A stretch of DNA of 64,000 nt. Source: an uncultured Anaerolineaceae bacterium (GTDB lineage Bacteria; Chloroflexota; Anaerolineae; Anaerolineales; UBA4823). The position numbers and the translations under genes were made by a program. The notes beneath the pieces were generated by a model. The model saw nothing but the letters and a program-made list of their open reading frames with translations, made no database searches and was not told the origin of the DNA. How positions within the stretch are numbered: the first letter of the stretch is position 1; each line of letters starts with the position of its first letter. Shown in pieces: positions 1 to 11,139 of this stretch. The stretch covers positions 1,707 to 65,706 of the forward strand of contig CAYGZL010000052.1 of the NCBI GenBank assembly GCA_964354345.1. Reading direction: 5' to 3'.

Positions 1-1473
1 CTGGTTCGTAAAGAAATCCGTTCCTACCGGCAATTACCTTGCCTGCTCTACCATATACAAACCAAATGGCGCGATGACCCTCGCCCACGTGCCGGCTTGA
101 TCCGTGTACGCGAGTTCACCATGAAAGATAGCTACACTCTGGATGCTGAGTGGGAAGGTCTGGAGACCCAGTACCAGGCTCATTACCAGGCATATCTGCG
201 GATCTTTCACCGCTGCGGTCTACCCGCTGTTGCAGTGAAGTCCGATGTTGGGATGATGGGCGGGCAGTTGGCTCACGAATTTATGTATTTGACGCCGGTC
301 GGTGAAGATACCCTCCTGTTATGTGATAGCTGTGGGTATTCAGCTAACCGCCAGATTGCGCGCGTCCGCAAACCACAAATCAAGCCAGAGGATCTTTTAC
401 CATTGGAGAAAGTCGCCACTCCACAGACAAAAACGATTGAGGATCTGGCGCGCTTTTTAAATATACCAAAATCTCGAACTGCAAAAGCAGTCTTCATGAT
501 GGCAACACTAGGAAATACAAGCAAAGAAGTAACCAAAGATCAATCCGCGCCACGGAATATCTTCGTATTCGCCATTGTGAGGGGTGATATGGAAGTCAAC
601 GAAACCAAGCTGGTGAATGTCATCGGTGCAAACATCGCCCCTGTAATCGCTTTACGCCCCGCGATCGAAGATGAAATCCGCGCGGTAGGGGCTGTGCCAG
701 GTTATGCTTCACCAGTTCATCTGCAACAAGATCCAAACCGTTCCGCAGCTTTGATCGTCATCGATGAAGCAGTACTGAATTCACCCAACCTGGTTGCGGG
801 TGCCAACGAAGAAGGCTATCACCTCTTGAATGTCAATTATCAACGGGATTACCAGGCAGAGATCGTAGCTGACATTGTCGCCGCACAGGAAGGCGATGCC
901 TGCCCAGAATGCGGGCTATCTATGCACGCGGTGCGCGGCGTTGAGGTTGGCAATATCTTCAAGCTAGGCACCCGCTATAGTGAAGCCATGGGGTGTTATT
1001 TCACCGACCCGGATGGGAACTCTCGACCGGTCATTATGGGATCCTATGGGATTGGCGTTGGCCGGCTGTTGGCTTGTATCGCCGAAGAACACCACGATGA
1101 CTATGGGTTGATCTGGCCGATCAGTGTCGCACCTTTTCCTGTTCATTTGGTGCTTTTAAAGGGCAAGAAGGGCAAAGACAAACCCGAAGTAGGTGTACAG
1201 ACAGAGAAGCTCGCTGAACAGCTTTACCAGGATTTAGCCACAGGAGGGATTGAAGTGCTTTACGATGATCGTGACGAAAGTCCGGGGATAAAATTCAATG
1301 ACGCCGACCTGATCGGCTTACCAATTCGTCTGACCGTCAGTGAGCGGGCGCTCAAACAGGATGGCATCGAATATAAACGCCGTGACCAACCAGACAAAGT
1401 AATCATCCCCTTGGACCAGGTGCTCCCCCACCTCAGATCGGTCATCGCCGACCTGGAAAATGCTCTACGATAA
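1..1473 (+). CDS. proS: Prolyl-tRNA synthetase, bacterial type with INS editing domain. The 5' end lies outside the window.
   Basis: Frame 1 is open from base 1 (LVRKEIRSYRQLPCLLYHIQTKWRDDPRPRAGLIRVREF). Class II motifs are present and the C-terminal anticodon-binding region ends at stop 1473. Confidence 0.9.
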   Translation: MVRKEIRSYRQLPCLLYHIQTKWRDDPRPRAGLIRVREFTMKDSYTLDAEWEGLETQYQAHYQAYLRIFHRCGLPAVAVKSDVGMMGGQLAHEFMYLTPVGEDTLLLCDSCGYSANRQIARVRKPQIKPEDLLPLEKVATPQTKTIEDLARFLNIPKSRTAKAVFMMATLGNTSKEVTKDQSAPRNIFVFAIVRGDMEVNETKLVNVIGANIAPVIALRPAIEDEIRAVGAVPGYASPVHLQQDPNRSAALIVIDEAVLNSPNLVAGANEEGYHLLNVNYQRDYQAEIVADIVAAQEGDACPECGLSMHAVRGVEVGNIFKLGTRYSEAMGCYFTDPDGNSRPVIMGSYGIGVGRLLACIAEEHHDDYGLIWPISVAPFPVHLVLLKGKKGKDKPEVGVQTEKLAEQLYQDLATGGIEVLYDDRDESPGIKFNDADLIGLPIRLTVSERALKQDGIEYKRRDQPDKVIIPLDQVLPHLRSVIADLENALR

Positions 1474-1497
1474 CAGTGCTCTATACTGCTGGAGTAC

Positions 1498-1533
1498 GTG
1501 GGTGATACAACCAACCCGGGTTGTATCACCCAC
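1498..1533. terminator. Bidirectional stem-loop between convergent proS and the SCP2 gene
   Basis: Perfect 15-bp inverted repeat GTGGGTGATACAACC / GGTTGTATCACCCAC with a 6-nt loop. Confidence 0.6.
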
Positions 1534-1545
1534 ACCTTGTTACTT

Positions 1546-1875
1546 TTATCCCATCTTGAAGAAACTGGTGAGTTTCATGGCGAGGTTAAGATCGCCCGTA
1601 AGTTTGAGTTTACCCATCATGAAATACTGCATCCCGTTGGCTTTACCGGTTAGAACATCCTTGAAATCTTTGGCATCCGCAGTCAGAGTCATCTTAGGAT
1701 TTTCAGCCAAACCTGGAGCTACTTCACAAATCCCATCATGGATGTTGATAATCCAATCGCCGCCTTCGCTGCCAGTCAGGCGATATTGAATGACTGCATT
1801 CACCCCTACCGCCAGCTCTGGTCGGAAAGCCTTCGGATGATTATTAATTAATTGTTCAACTGTGTACTCGGTCAT
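1546..1875 (-). CDS. SCP2 sterol/lipid-carrier domain protein
   Basis: 109 aa. It has the SCP2-like pattern (..DADFxxLLxGKxNxMxAFMxGKLKxxGDxxLAMKL..). Confidence 0.7.
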   Translation of the reverse strand: MTEYTVEQLINNHPKAFRPELAVGVNAVIQYRLTGSEGGDWIINIHDGICEVAPGLAENPKMTLTADAKDFKDVLTGKANGMQYFMMGKLKLTGDLNLAMKLTSFFKMG

Positions 1876-1955
1876 TATTCGTATCTCCTTATTTTATGCT
1901 TATCCCAGACAGTTCGCGGTGGTATCCACTGCGGATTACCGCCCAGGTTTGTAGT

Positions 1956-3158
1956 TCATTGCAGATTCTCAAATATTCCGGCCGCGCCCATCCCACCGCC
2001 AATGCACATCGTTACCATACCGAATTGTACCTGGCGACGCTTCATTTCGTAAATAAGCTGCGTTGTCAGCTTAGCGCCGGTACAGCCCAGGGGATGACCA
2101 AGAGCGATCGCCCCACCATTCACATTCGTCTGATCAGGATCTAAATCCAATTCACGTATCACTGCCAGGCCTTGTGCAGCAAAGGCTTCATTCAACTCGA
2201 TTAACCCGATTTCAGACAAGGATAAGCCAGCCAGCTTTAGCGCTTTTGGTACAGCCACGACTGGACCAATTCCCATCAATTCAGGAGGCACACCTCCTAC
2301 TGCAAATGAGAGAAACCGTGCCAAAGGCGTTAACCCCAGTGCTTCAGCCTTCCCACGTGCCATAATGATCACACCAGCCGCGCCATCGGACATCTGGGAA
2401 GTGTTACCAGCAGTAACTGTCCCGCCTTCCTTAAAAGCTGGCTTCAATTTTGCCAATGCTTCCAGGCTGGTGTCAGAACGTGGACCTTCATCGCGTCTAA
2501 ACAGGAAGGATTTTTTAACCGGCACGCCGCTATTTTCTTCCCATTCAATCAATTCTACCTCCACCGGTACAATTTCTGGGTTAAAGCGACCTGTTTCGAC
2601 GGCTACACTTCCCAGCCGGTGACTGCGTAAGGCGAAGGCATCCTGGTCAGCGCGATTGATACCATATTTTTGGGCGACATTTTCAGCGGTCAGGCCCATA
2701 TTGGTAAAATATTCGGGGGTCTCGACCGCCAGGGATGGTAGCGGAGAAAATTTCAAACCGGTCATCGGCACCATGCTCATTGACTCGGCGCCACCCGCGA
2801 TCACCGTCGTAGCCTGTCCAGCCAGGATCGCGTACGCTCCATGGACAATCGCTTGCAAGCCGGATGAACAGAAGCGGTTAATCGTTTCAGCCGGCACGCT
2901 GTGGGGCAGTCCGGCTCTTAGGGCTACCATGCGGGCCATGTTCATCCCTTGTTCCCCTTCTGGAAAAGCGCAACCTAAAATTAAATCGTCCACCTCGACC
3001 GGAGCCAGGGCAGGGGCACGCCGTAGCAGATCTTTGATGACGATTGCAGCCAACTCATCCGGACGGGTGGTTGCCAGACTACCACGCCTGGCCTTCCCCA
3101 CCGGTGTCCGTGCCGCTGCTACAATAACTGGTTCACGCGAAGTATCGCTTGGATTCAT
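1956..3158 (-). CDS. Acetyl-CoA C-acyltransferase (thiolase)
   Basis: Thiolase motifs are present ([10 protein letters not shown] active-site Cys; C-terminal GHPLGCTGA and CIGGGMG). The ATG at 3158 is preceded by GGGAGAG. The track start at 3173 is a TTG extension. Confidence 0.9.
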   Translation of the reverse strand: MNPSDTSREPVIVAAARTPVGKARRGSLATTRPDELAAIVIKDLLRRAPALAPVEVDDLILGCAFPEGEQGMNMARMVALRAGLPHSVPAETINRFCSSGLQAIVHGAYAILAGQATTVIAGGAESMSMVPMTGLKFSPLPSLAVETPEYFTNMGLTAENVAQKYGINRADQDAFALRSHRLGSVAVETGRFNPEIVPVEVELIEWEENSGVPVKKSFLFRRDEGPRSDTSLEALAKLKPAFKEGGTVTAGNTSQMSDGAAGVIIMARGKAEALGLTPLARFLSFAVGGVPPELMGIGPVVAVPKALKLAGLSLSEIGLIELNEAFAAQGLAVIRELDLDPDQTNVNGGAIALGHPLGCTGAKLTTQLIYEMKRRQVQFGMVTMCIGGGMGAAGIFENLQ

Positions 3159-3181
3159 AGCACTCTCTCCCAATTCTACTG

Positions 3182-5605
3182 CTAATTCCGGATGCGCTTA
3201 CCCGTTTGCAACAAAGTCGCCATCCGTTCCTGGGTCTTCTCTTCACCACACAGTGAGAGAAAGGCTTCGCGCTCCAGATCCAGGATAAATTGCTCACTGA
3301 CCCAGGTGGGACGACTCAATTCGCCACCGGTCATGACATAGGCCAATTTACCGCCAATATGCGATTCATAGGGGGTGATATAGCCGCCCTCCTTCATCAT
3401 ATAAATCCCCACCCGTAGCGCAGCTAAAGCGTCGCGCCCTGCTGCATAGATTTTTTCTGGCACGGGCGGGTGGTAACCAGTTTGCGCCAGGTGCAAGACT
3501 TCCTTCTTGGCTTCACTAAGCAATAAATCGCGGTTCATCACCACCCGATCCGCTGAGCTTAGTATTCCCATGTTCCGGGCTTCCTCGGCACTGGTGGATA
3601 CTTTGGCAAGACCAATTTGCTCAAAAATCCGCTGCAAGGAAGGGAGGGCTTCTGTGTTGGGCGTGCGCATGGAGGGATTTAACAACCGGCGCAGCATTTC
3701 TTTTGTGCCCCCACCCGCCGGGATAACGCCAACACTAATTTCAACCAGGCCAGCATATAATTCGGCTGCGGTGACAATCCGCGCGGTATACATGATTACT
3801 TCCGCTCCACCACCCAGTGCCATGCCAGCCGGGGCTGCCACGACAGGCTTGGGGAAATAGCGCATGCGCATGTTGATCTCCTGCATCTTGCGCACGGCTG
3901 CTTCAAGCTGATCCCACATGCCCATCTTGGCTGCCAGAACTACCATGAATAAATTTGCTCCGGCGCTGAAGTTTTCCGCCTCATTACCGATTACCAGTCC
4001 ATCAAAATCATGTACGACGAGATCCAGTCCTTCCTGGAGCATGGTGAAGATATCATCATCCAACGTGTTGGCTTTGGTATGGAATTCTACACAGGCAACA
4101 CCATCCCCCAAATCCATTAACGAAGCCCCTGCGTTGTGTTTTACCAGCCGGCCGTTTGACTTCAGCTCTTTGAGCACAATGAGGGATGCCTGGCGCTGGA
4201 TAGGTTCATAGTCTCGTCGCGCAGGATTGTAAACGCCGACCTTGCGATCCCCTTCGATCTTGTAGAAGGTTCGATACCCATTGGATAGCATCACTTCCAC
4301 CCACGGTGCCGGTGGAAAACCAGCCGCTTTCATCGCGATCACGGTCTCAGCGACTCCGAGTAAATCCCAAGTCTCAAACGGTCCGGCTTCATGACCAAAT
4401 CCCCAGCGCATGGTGTTGTCGATAGGCAGAGGCGTGTCAGCGATTTCTGGAATCCGTTCCGAGGCATATGCCAGACTCTGATAAGTGAGGGCGCGAGCCA
4501 ATTGCCCAGCGCGATCGTCTGCTGCCAGGAGAATTTTCAAACGTTCAGCCAGACCTTCGATCTCGCGGGTTTTCTTCAAGGAGTCAAAACTGACTTTTTG
4601 AGGACTTTCATACTCCAGGGTCTTCAGATTCAAAGGCCAGAATTCTTTCTTGCCATCTGGTTGAACCACCTCTTTGTAGAAACCCTGCCTGGTTTTATTC
4701 CCCAAACGATTCTGTTGAACCAGAGCATGGATCAGGTGATTCACCCGCTCGGAGTGCAAATAACGCAAAGCATGTTCATCATGAGGGATTGCCGGCGCCA
4801 GGTTACGACCGACATGCTCCCATACATCCACCCCAACTAAGTCGATCAGCCGAAAAGTTGCCGTCCGCGGCCGGCCCATCGCCTGACCGGTAATCGCATC
4901 CACTTCTTCGACTGTGTAACCATTTTCCAGGATGTAATCCAGGGCAAATGCTCCACCGCCAAACGCCAGACGATTCCCGATGAAATTAGGGGTGTCCTTG
5001 GCCGGGACAATCCCCTTACCCAGACGATATTGCCCAAACCATCCAATCGCCTCGACTACCTCCGGGAGGGTATCGGTAGTTGGGATCATCTCCAGCAGCT
5101 TTAAGTACCGCGGAGGATTGAAAAAGTGCGTACCTAGAAAATGTTGGCGAAAACCTTCCGAACGACCTTCAGCAATCGAACCGACAGGGATGCCGGATGT
5201 GTTCGTACTCACGATCGTGTGCGGACTGCGCAAAACTTCAATCCGCTCCATCAGCCGGCGCTTAATTTCCAGGTTTTCAACCACTACCTCTATCACCCAA
5301 TCTGCGTTCGCCACTACTGCCAGATCATCCTCCAGGTTGCCGATAGATACCAGAACGGCATGATCAGGAGTAAAAAAACTGGCCGGACGAGATTTTATTG
5401 CTCGATCAAGTCCCTCGCGTACAATGCGGTCCCGCACAGCAGGGTCGGTTAAGGTCAAACCTTTCTTTTCCTCATCAGCGGTCAATTTATTCGGTACGAT
5501 ATCCAGTAATGTAACCGGCACACCTGCATTGGCCAGGTGCGCAGCGATCGCTGCACCCATTGTTCCAGAGCCAATCACCACGGCTCGATGAATCTGGTAT
5601 TTCAT
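3182..5605 (-). CDS. Fused 3-hydroxyacyl-CoA dehydrogenase (N-terminal) / enoyl-CoA hydratase (C-terminal), FadN-like domain order
   Basis: A Rossmann motif [12 protein letters not shown] follows directly after the Met at 5605, which is preceded by GGAGGTG. A crotonase-fold region lies in the C-terminal third. The track ORF start at 5776 would overlap the neighbouring gene and looks like a spurious extension. Confidence 0.9.
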   Translation of the reverse strand: MKYQIHRAVVIGSGTMGAAIAAHLANAGVPVTLLDIVPNKLTADEEKKGLTLTDPAVRDRIVREGLDRAIKSRPASFFTPDHAVLVSIGNLEDDLAVVANADWVIEVVVENLEIKRRLMERIEVLRSPHTIVSTNTSGIPVGSIAEGRSEGFRQHFLGTHFFNPPRYLKLLEMIPTTDTLPEVVEAIGWFGQYRLGKGIVPAKDTPNFIGNRLAFGGGAFALDYILENGYTVEEVDAITGQAMGRPRTATFRLIDLVGVDVWEHVGRNLAPAIPHDEHALRYLHSERVNHLIHALVQQNRLGNKTRQGFYKEVVQPDGKKEFWPLNLKTLEYESPQKVSFDSLKKTREIEGLAERLKILLAADDRAGQLARALTYQSLAYASERIPEIADTPLPIDNTMRWGFGHEAGPFETWDLLGVAETVIAMKAAGFPPAPWVEVMLSNGYRTFYKIEGDRKVGVYNPARRDYEPIQRQASLIVLKELKSNGRLVKHNAGASLMDLGDGVACVEFHTKANTLDDDIFTMLQEGLDLVVHDFDGLVIGNEAENFSAGANLFMVVLAAKMGMWDQLEAAVRKMQEINMRMRYFPKPVVAAPAGMALGGGAEVIMYTARIVTAAELYAGLVEISVGVIPAGGGTKEMLRRLLNPSMRTPNTEALPSLQRIFEQIGLAKVSTSAEEARNMGILSSADRVVMNRDLLLSEAKKEVLHLAQTGYHPPVPEKIYAAGRDALAALRVGIYMMKEGGYITPYESHIGGKLAYVMTGGELSRPTWVSEQFILDLEREAFLSLCGEEKTQERMATLLQTGKRIRN

Positions 5606-5651
5606 GTCACCTCCTCTACTTAGGTCCTTATGAGCTTGTTTGACCCACGAT

Positions 5652-6989
5652 CTACATGTCGGCTGGTCGATTTTGTTCCTTCTCTTGATCCACCTCGGAA
5701 ATCCGAGATACCATGACCTTATCCACGCGAAAACCATCCATGTCAACCACTTCGAAACGAAGCCCCTTCCACTCAAAGTGGTCTGTCACTGCTGGTATAC
5801 GTCCCAAGCAAGTCATCATCAAACCACCAACCGTTTGGAAGTTGCCCCGCTCCTCATTAGGCAGTTCATTCAGGTGAAATACCTCCTTAAACTCATCCAC
5901 CAGGAGCTTACCATCTACCAACCACGACCCATCTTCGCGTTGGACGATGCCCGGCGATGCCGGGCCACCAGACGGATTTAAATCACCGATGATGGACTTA
6001 AAAATATCCGAGACCGTTACCAGGCCCTGCAGTCCGCCATATTCATCCAGCACCATCGCTAAATGAGCGCCTGTCTCCCGAAATAAACCGAGTACTTTCA
6101 AAGCTGACATACTCTCTGGCACAAACAGGGCAGGGCGTATATTGGTTTGAAAATCCAATGGCTGACCAGACAAACTGCGCATCAATAAATCCTTAGCCTC
6201 GACAAATCCAACCAAATTATCCAGGTTTCCGTGTGCGACGGGAAAACGGGCATGCAAACTACCTAGAATACGTCGTTTGTTCTCCTCCAGGGGTTCATCC
6301 AGGTCTAACCAGACGATATCCTTACGGGGTGTCATCAGCGTTTCAATCCGCCGATCTCCGAGGCGGAGAATCGCCTCCAGCATGTCTTGCTCTGCTTCAG
6401 CAAAGACACCAGCCCGAGTGCCCTGATCTATCAATACCTTGATCTCTTCCTCCGTCACTGGCGGTTCAGTGGTTGGGCGAACGCCGATTATTTTCAGTAC
6501 CAGGTTGGTGGATGCATTTAATATGCGAACTAAAGGCGTCGCTAACCGGGCCAGCATGCGCATTGGTCCGGCTACTGCTCGAGCAATGCGCTCAGGATTA
6601 TTTAAAGCCAGACGTTTTGGTACCAGTTCACCGATAATCAAAGTAAGGTATGTAATCAATACCACCACCAGACCGACCGAGAGGCTATTACGATACGGAG
6701 CCAGATAAGGTACTTTACCTATACCGACCGCCAAATGTTCAGCCAACGTAATTCCACCGAATGCGCCGACCAAGATTCCAACCAGTGTGATTCCAATTTG
6801 TACCGCGGATAAGAACTCACCTGGAGATTGTGACAGGGTTAATGCGAGACGCGCCTTCTCATCACCGGAATCCGCCTGACGTTGCAAGCGCGCCCGGCGA
6901 GCTGAAACTACCGCAATCTCTGCCATCGCCAGTGTGCCATTGATCAGAATCAAGGCCAGGATCAGGAAAATTTCAAATACCGGAGACAT
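5652..6989 (-). CDS. CNNM/DUF21-CBS-CorC_HlyC family membrane protein (hemolysin/CorB-like)
   Basis: N-terminal TM region, a CBS pair, and the C-terminal transporter-associated domain pattern. Confidence 0.8.
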   Translation of the reverse strand: MSPVFEIFLILALILINGTLAMAEIAVVSARRARLQRQADSGDEKARLALTLSQSPGEFLSAVQIGITLVGILVGAFGGITLAEHLAVGIGKVPYLAPYRNSLSVGLVVVLITYLTLIIGELVPKRLALNNPERIARAVAGPMRMLARLATPLVRILNASTNLVLKIIGVRPTTEPPVTEEEIKVLIDQGTRAGVFAEAEQDMLEAILRLGDRRIETLMTPRKDIVWLDLDEPLEENKRRILGSLHARFPVAHGNLDNLVGFVEAKDLLMRSLSGQPLDFQTNIRPALFVPESMSALKVLGLFRETGAHLAMVLDEYGGLQGLVTVSDIFKSIIGDLNPSGGPASPGIVQREDGSWLVDGKLLVDEFKEVFHLNELPNEERGNFQTVGGLMMTCLGRIPAVTDHFEWKGLRFEVVDMDGFRVDKVMVSRISEVDQEKEQNRPADM

Positions 6990-7064
6990 CTTGGTTTGGT
7001 TTCAAGCGCCACCATTTGTGCTGAAGATAACTGTTTGTGTAGTTTATTGGTTCTATTCAGGAGA

Positions 7065-8327
7065 TTAACGCAGTTCACGTCCGGAATATCCGAGAACCTG
7101 CCGGGCAACGATCAAGCGGTTGATTTGACCAGTACCCTCATAGATATCACTGATCTTGGCGTCACGGAACCATTTTTCCAACAGAATCTCACGAGAGTAA
7201 CCCAGGGGTCCCATAATTTCTACCGCTCGCTGAGTGATCTTGTTGACCACATCACCAGCGCGTAGTTTTGCCATCGAGGCTTCCATTGAATTAGGCTTCC
7301 GGTTATCCGCCATCCAAACCGCTTTGACGACTAACAACCAGGCAGAACGCAGCATCGTCTCCATGTCAATTACTTCCCGCTCAACTGCGGTCATCTTCTG
7401 GCGGGGTAGACCATAGCGAATGGTTACGCCTTGCTGGGCCAGCATTTCCTTTAAACTTTCCAATGCTGCGCGCGCAACACCGATCGCCATTGCCGCCACC
7501 AACGGGCGGGTAGCATCGAATGTCGCCATCGCACCTTTGAAACCCTTACTGGTCGGTTCTTTGACCACCTCCACACTGCCTAAGATGTGATCGAATGGCA
7601 CACGCACGTCCTGTAGGAAAATCGAGGCCGTGTCGCTGACGCGAATGCCCATTTTATTCTCCAGCTTCGCCACCGTCACCCCAGGTGTACCTGCCTCGAT
7701 CACAAAAGCCCGCATTCCAGCCCGCCCGGCAGTCGGATCGATTGTCGCCCACACTACAACTAAACCCTCACTTTCACACAGGCTTTTATGACCAGCAGTG
7801 ACAAAAATTTTCTCGCCGTTCAGTACCCATTCATTGGTTTGGGTGTCCAATACAGCCGTGGTGCGGATTGCTGCAGTATCGGACCCGGCTTGACCCTCGG
7901 TCATCGCCATAGCGCCAAAGACGGGTTTTTCACCGCGAAAACGTGCCAGAAATTTTGCCTTTTGTTCGGGTGTTCCAGCAGCTTCGACTGCTGCTGCACC
8001 TAGACCACCCCCTGGTGTAACCAGATACATGCCTGTATCACCCCAGGATAGCATTTCCAACATATGCGCCAAAGATTGGTAACCAATACGCGGTCTTTCT
8101 TTTCCTTGCTCATCTACTTTCTTCCGGCTCTCGTCTGGCGCCAACGATCCTGCTCCCGTTGTCCGCATTGCCATATGCATGAAATTGATATAGTCCCAAG
8201 GGATCTCATGTTCGTGTTCGTCATAATAACGCGAAACCGGGCGCATCATATTTTCGGCAACGGTTTGCAACGCATTGTTTGTCATCACAATCGGCTTCGG
8301 CAGCTCAAATTCAATCATCTTCTTCAC
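7065..8327 (-). CDS. Acyl-CoA dehydrogenase with the canonical catalytic-base motif
   Basis: ACAD fold throughout. The C-terminal DIYEGTGQINRL contains the canonical Glu. Confidence 0.9.
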   Translation of the reverse strand: MKKMIEFELPKPIVMTNNALQTVAENMMRPVSRYYDEHEHEIPWDYINFMHMAMRTTGAGSLAPDESRKKVDEQGKERPRIGYQSLAHMLEMLSWGDTGMYLVTPGGGLGAAAVEAAGTPEQKAKFLARFRGEKPVFGAMAMTEGQAGSDTAAIRTTAVLDTQTNEWVLNGEKIFVTAGHKSLCESEGLVVVWATIDPTAGRAGMRAFVIEAGTPGVTVAKLENKMGIRVSDTASIFLQDVRVPFDHILGSVEVVKEPTSKGFKGAMATFDATRPLVAAMAIGVARAALESLKEMLAQQGVTIRYGLPRQKMTAVEREVIDMETMLRSAWLLVVKAVWMADNRKPNSMEASMAKLRAGDVVNKITQRAVEIMGPLGYSREILLEKWFRDAKISDIYEGTGQINRLIVARQVLGYSGRELR

Positions 8328-8330
8328 TCC

Positions 8331-9440
8331 TCAAACAATGCATAGGCCATTCAACATGGCAAATCCACGTCCGTTACGCATCCACAGCTCAACCGGATGA
8401 TCACGGATATAACCGTGTCCACCCAGGATTTGAACCGCCCGATCGGTAACCATCATGGCCATATCAGTGGCACCAGTAAGAGCCAAGTAAGCCCTTTGGC
8501 TGGCTTCCGGCTTACCAACATCGATCATCCAGGCAGCTTCCCACACCAACAGGCGGATGGCCTCAATCTCAGTTGCCATTTCAGCAATCATGAAGGCGAT
8601 CGCTTGCTTTTGAGCAACTTTCACCCCAAAAACATCGCGTTCCTTGGCATAATCACGCGCATATTCCAACGCCGCACGCGATAAACCAACTGCCATCGCT
8701 GCTAACGCGACGCGCTGCGCATCCAGTATCGGCTCAAATGCCTGTGGATTACCACCCAAACCTTGGGATCCTCCCAACCGGTTCACCTGAGGTAGATGAA
8801 GATCCTTTAAGGTAACTGCATAAAGCGGTAGAGCATGGATGCCAAGAGTTTTCTGACGTTCACCGATTTGTAAACCGGCTGTTCCCTTTGGAACGATGAA
8901 CCCCTGCGTCCGATCTGCCAGGCGGGCATAGACAATCATCGCCTGTGCATCAGCAGCATACGGCACATAGCTTTTCTTACCATTGAGAACATATTCATCT
9001 CCTGCTTCTATCGCGATAGTTTTCATATCTGTCGGATCGAAGTCAAATGACGGTTCCAAGAGAGCGGCAGTATAGGGTTGCCATTCGGCTTCGATCACGG
9101 GTGGGAGATAAGTTTGCTTCTGCTCTTCATTCCCCGCTAACAATATAGGCGTGACGTAAAGGTTAGGGGTCAGAACAGCCAAAGCGGCTGCCAGGTCTCC
9201 CCAGGCTAACTCCTCAGCTGCCAGAACACCCGTAACCGCCGAACGTTCTCCAAATCCCCCATAAGCTTCAGGGACAGAGGCCTGAACATATCCCAATTCC
9301 CAACCCTTTTCAATCAGGTTGAATGGAATTACTTCCTCCTCGTCAGCATCATGGGCTTTGGGGCGCAAATCACTCGCTGCATAACGGTTGAGAGTATCAA
9401 TTAGCATCTTTTGTTCATCGGTGGGTTCGAATGAATACAT
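8331..9440 (-). CDS. Acyl-CoA dehydrogenase family protein lacking the YEGT catalytic Glu
   Basis: ACAD fold (..ILGGHGYIRDHPVELWMRNGRGFAMLNGL). The position that aligns with YEGT reads MLNGL. It lies 3 nt upstream of the next ACAD gene. Confidence 0.85.
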   Translation of the reverse strand: MYSFEPTDEQKMLIDTLNRYAASDLRPKAHDADEEEVIPFNLIEKGWELGYVQASVPEAYGGFGERSAVTGVLAAEELAWGDLAAALAVLTPNLYVTPILLAGNEEQKQTYLPPVIEAEWQPYTAALLEPSFDFDPTDMKTIAIEAGDEYVLNGKKSYVPYAADAQAMIVYARLADRTQGFIVPKGTAGLQIGERQKTLGIHALPLYAVTLKDLHLPQVNRLGGSQGLGGNPQAFEPILDAQRVALAAMAVGLSRAALEYARDYAKERDVFGVKVAQKQAIAFMIAEMATEIEAIRLLVWEAAWMIDVGKPEASQRAYLALTGATDMAMMVTDRAVQILGGHGYIRDHPVELWMRNGRGFAMLNGLCIV

Positions 9441-9539
9441 GGTTCCCTCTTCCTAAATTTAACGGACAACTTCCAGCAGTTGTCAAGCATTTGACACAAT
9501 GCAATTAAATTATAACAGAGCAATGCTATACTTCAGCCG

Positions 9540-10901
9540 TTGAATTCATCATCTCAGCATACTCCAATACCTTTGCGAAAGATCATCCAAACCTGGTGGC
9601 CTTTGGCTGCAAGTTGGCTGCTTATGGGTGCAGAGCTACCTGCTCTTAGCGCGATCGTAGCGCGTCTGACCGACCCAGAGATTCATCTGGCAGCCTACGG
9701 TGGTGTGGTTTTTCCTTTGGCGATGATCATTGAATCCCCCATAATCATGCTCTTATCGGCCTCGACAGCATTGAGCAAAGATTGGGATTCCTATCTCAGG
9801 CTGCGTCGGTTTATGATGAGTGCAAGTGCAATCCTGACTATTTTTCATCTCGTGATTGTCTTAACCCCCCTGTACGATTTCATCGTGGTTCAATTGCTTG
9901 GCGTGCCTGGAGAAATTATTGAGCCGGCTCGCATCGGTTTATTGATCATGACACCCTGGACCTGGTCAATCGCTTACCGGCGCTTCCATCAGGGAGTTCT
10001 GATTCGTTTTGGCCATCCACGAGCTGTCGGTCTGGGTACAATCATTCGTCTCAGCGCTAACCTTCTAATTCTAATGATTGGCTTCCTGTTGGGAACCCTG
10101 CCGGGGATAGTTGTGGCTACGAGTGCGGTTGCTTGCGGCGTGGTCAGCGAAGCAATCTTTGTGGGTCTGGCAGTGCGCCCGGTTTTAAAATTGGAAGTTC
10201 GTCTGGCGCCTGTTTTAACAAATCCATTGACGCGCCAGGATTTCGTACAATTTTACATTCCCCTGGCGCTTACTTCTCTTATTAATTTGCTGGTGAATCC
10301 ACTTGGAAGCGCAGCCTTGAGCCGGATGCCAGAGGCTCTGACCTCCCTGGCAGTCTGGCCCGTGGTTTCCGGGTTGATTTTTCTGTTACGCAGCATGGGA
10401 ATCGCATATAACGAAGTGGTTGTGGCTTTACTCGACCAGCCAGGTTCATCTACCAACTTGCGCCGTTTCACAATACTATTGATGATTGTAACCACCTTTC
10501 TACTGCTCCTGGTGGCTGCGACGCCGGTTTCAAAATTTTGGTTCGAACAGATCTCTGCTTTGCCCCCTCACCTGGCTGAGTTAGCTCGCCGGGGCATCTG
10601 GTTGGCCATACCCCTCCCAGCACTTACTGCGCTGCAGAGCTGGTATCAAGGCGCAATTTTACACAGTCGCCAAACCCGAGGAATCACCGAATCAATCGTA
10701 ATTTACCTGGCTACCAGCGTTATCGTCCTGGGGGCTGGTGTTTTATATAACCAGGTTCTTGGGTTGTATATTGGCTTGACCGCTCTCACCTTCAGTATTC
10801 TCACCCAAACGACCTGGTTGTGGCTGCGTAGCCTCCAAGCCATTCGCCAGGTTGAGTCGCGCGACCAACGCCAGTCCTCTCCCGAAACTATCTATCCATG
10901 A
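9540..10901 (+). CDS. Polytopic membrane protein, MATE/MOP-superfamily-like
   Basis: 453 aa with about 12 hydrophobic segments and a TTG start. The family assignment is by general resemblance only. Confidence 0.45.
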   Translation: MNSSSQHTPIPLRKIIQTWWPLAASWLLMGAELPALSAIVARLTDPEIHLAAYGGVVFPLAMIIESPIIMLLSASTALSKDWDSYLRLRRFMMSASAILTIFHLVIVLTPLYDFIVVQLLGVPGEIIEPARIGLLIMTPWTWSIAYRRFHQGVLIRFGHPRAVGLGTIIRLSANLLILMIGFLLGTLPGIVVATSAVACGVVSEAIFVGLAVRPVLKLEVRLAPVLTNPLTRQDFVQFYIPLALTSLINLLVNPLGSAALSRMPEALTSLAVWPVVSGLIFLLRSMGIAYNEVVVALLDQPGSSTNLRRFTILLMIVTTFLLLLVAATPVSKFWFEQISALPPHLAELARRGIWLAIPLPALTALQSWYQGAILHSRQTRGITESIVIYLATSVIVLGAGVLYNQVLGLYIGLTALTFSILTQTTWLWLRSLQAIRQVESRDQRQSSPETIYP

Positions 10902-11083
10902 ACATTGTCTCGGTTTTCGCCTGGCTGCTCCAAGACTTCGCCCTCGGTCTGACAGCCGAGGTGTCTCCCGGCTCTTTTCAGACTTATCTGATCAGTCAAA
11001 GCCTGGCAGGTGGATGGGTTGTTTATTGGGGGGATTCTCGGTTTTGTGGGGCTTTTTCACCAGGCGCGCCGCTTGGGCCCTAA
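10898..11083 (+). pseudogene. Possible N-terminal stub of a LysE/RhtB-family exporter
   Basis: The 61-aa ORF (..LGLTAEVSPGSFQTYLISQSLAGGW..) resembles the first TM helices of LysE-type proteins, which are usually about 200 aa. Its start overlaps the upstream stop (ATGA). Confidence 0.35.
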
Positions 11084-11139
11084 AATGTTATAATTTTTAA
11101 ATCTATTTCACTTGTACAATTACCTCAAAAGGAGCGTTT

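Noticed and set aside
1852-2144. Plus-strand ORFs of 66 and 82 aa overlapping the SCP2/thiolase junction.
   Set aside because: They overlap well-supported minus-strand genes, are low-complexity, and lack start context.
5606-5776. N-terminal 57-aa extension of the dehydrogenase/hydratase ORF (track start 5776).
   Set aside because: The extension overlaps the 3' end of the CNNM gene and is Trp/Arg-rich nonsense. The Met at 5605 has a GGAGGTG ribosome-binding site and is followed at once by the Rossmann motif.
9441-9539. Short inverted repeat GACAACT..AGTTGTC and TTGACA-like hexamers upstream of the membrane-protein gene as a defined promoter/operator.
   Set aside because: The spacing to any reasonable -10 element is poor (14 or 20 nt) and the stem is only 7 bp. 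This is too weak to call.
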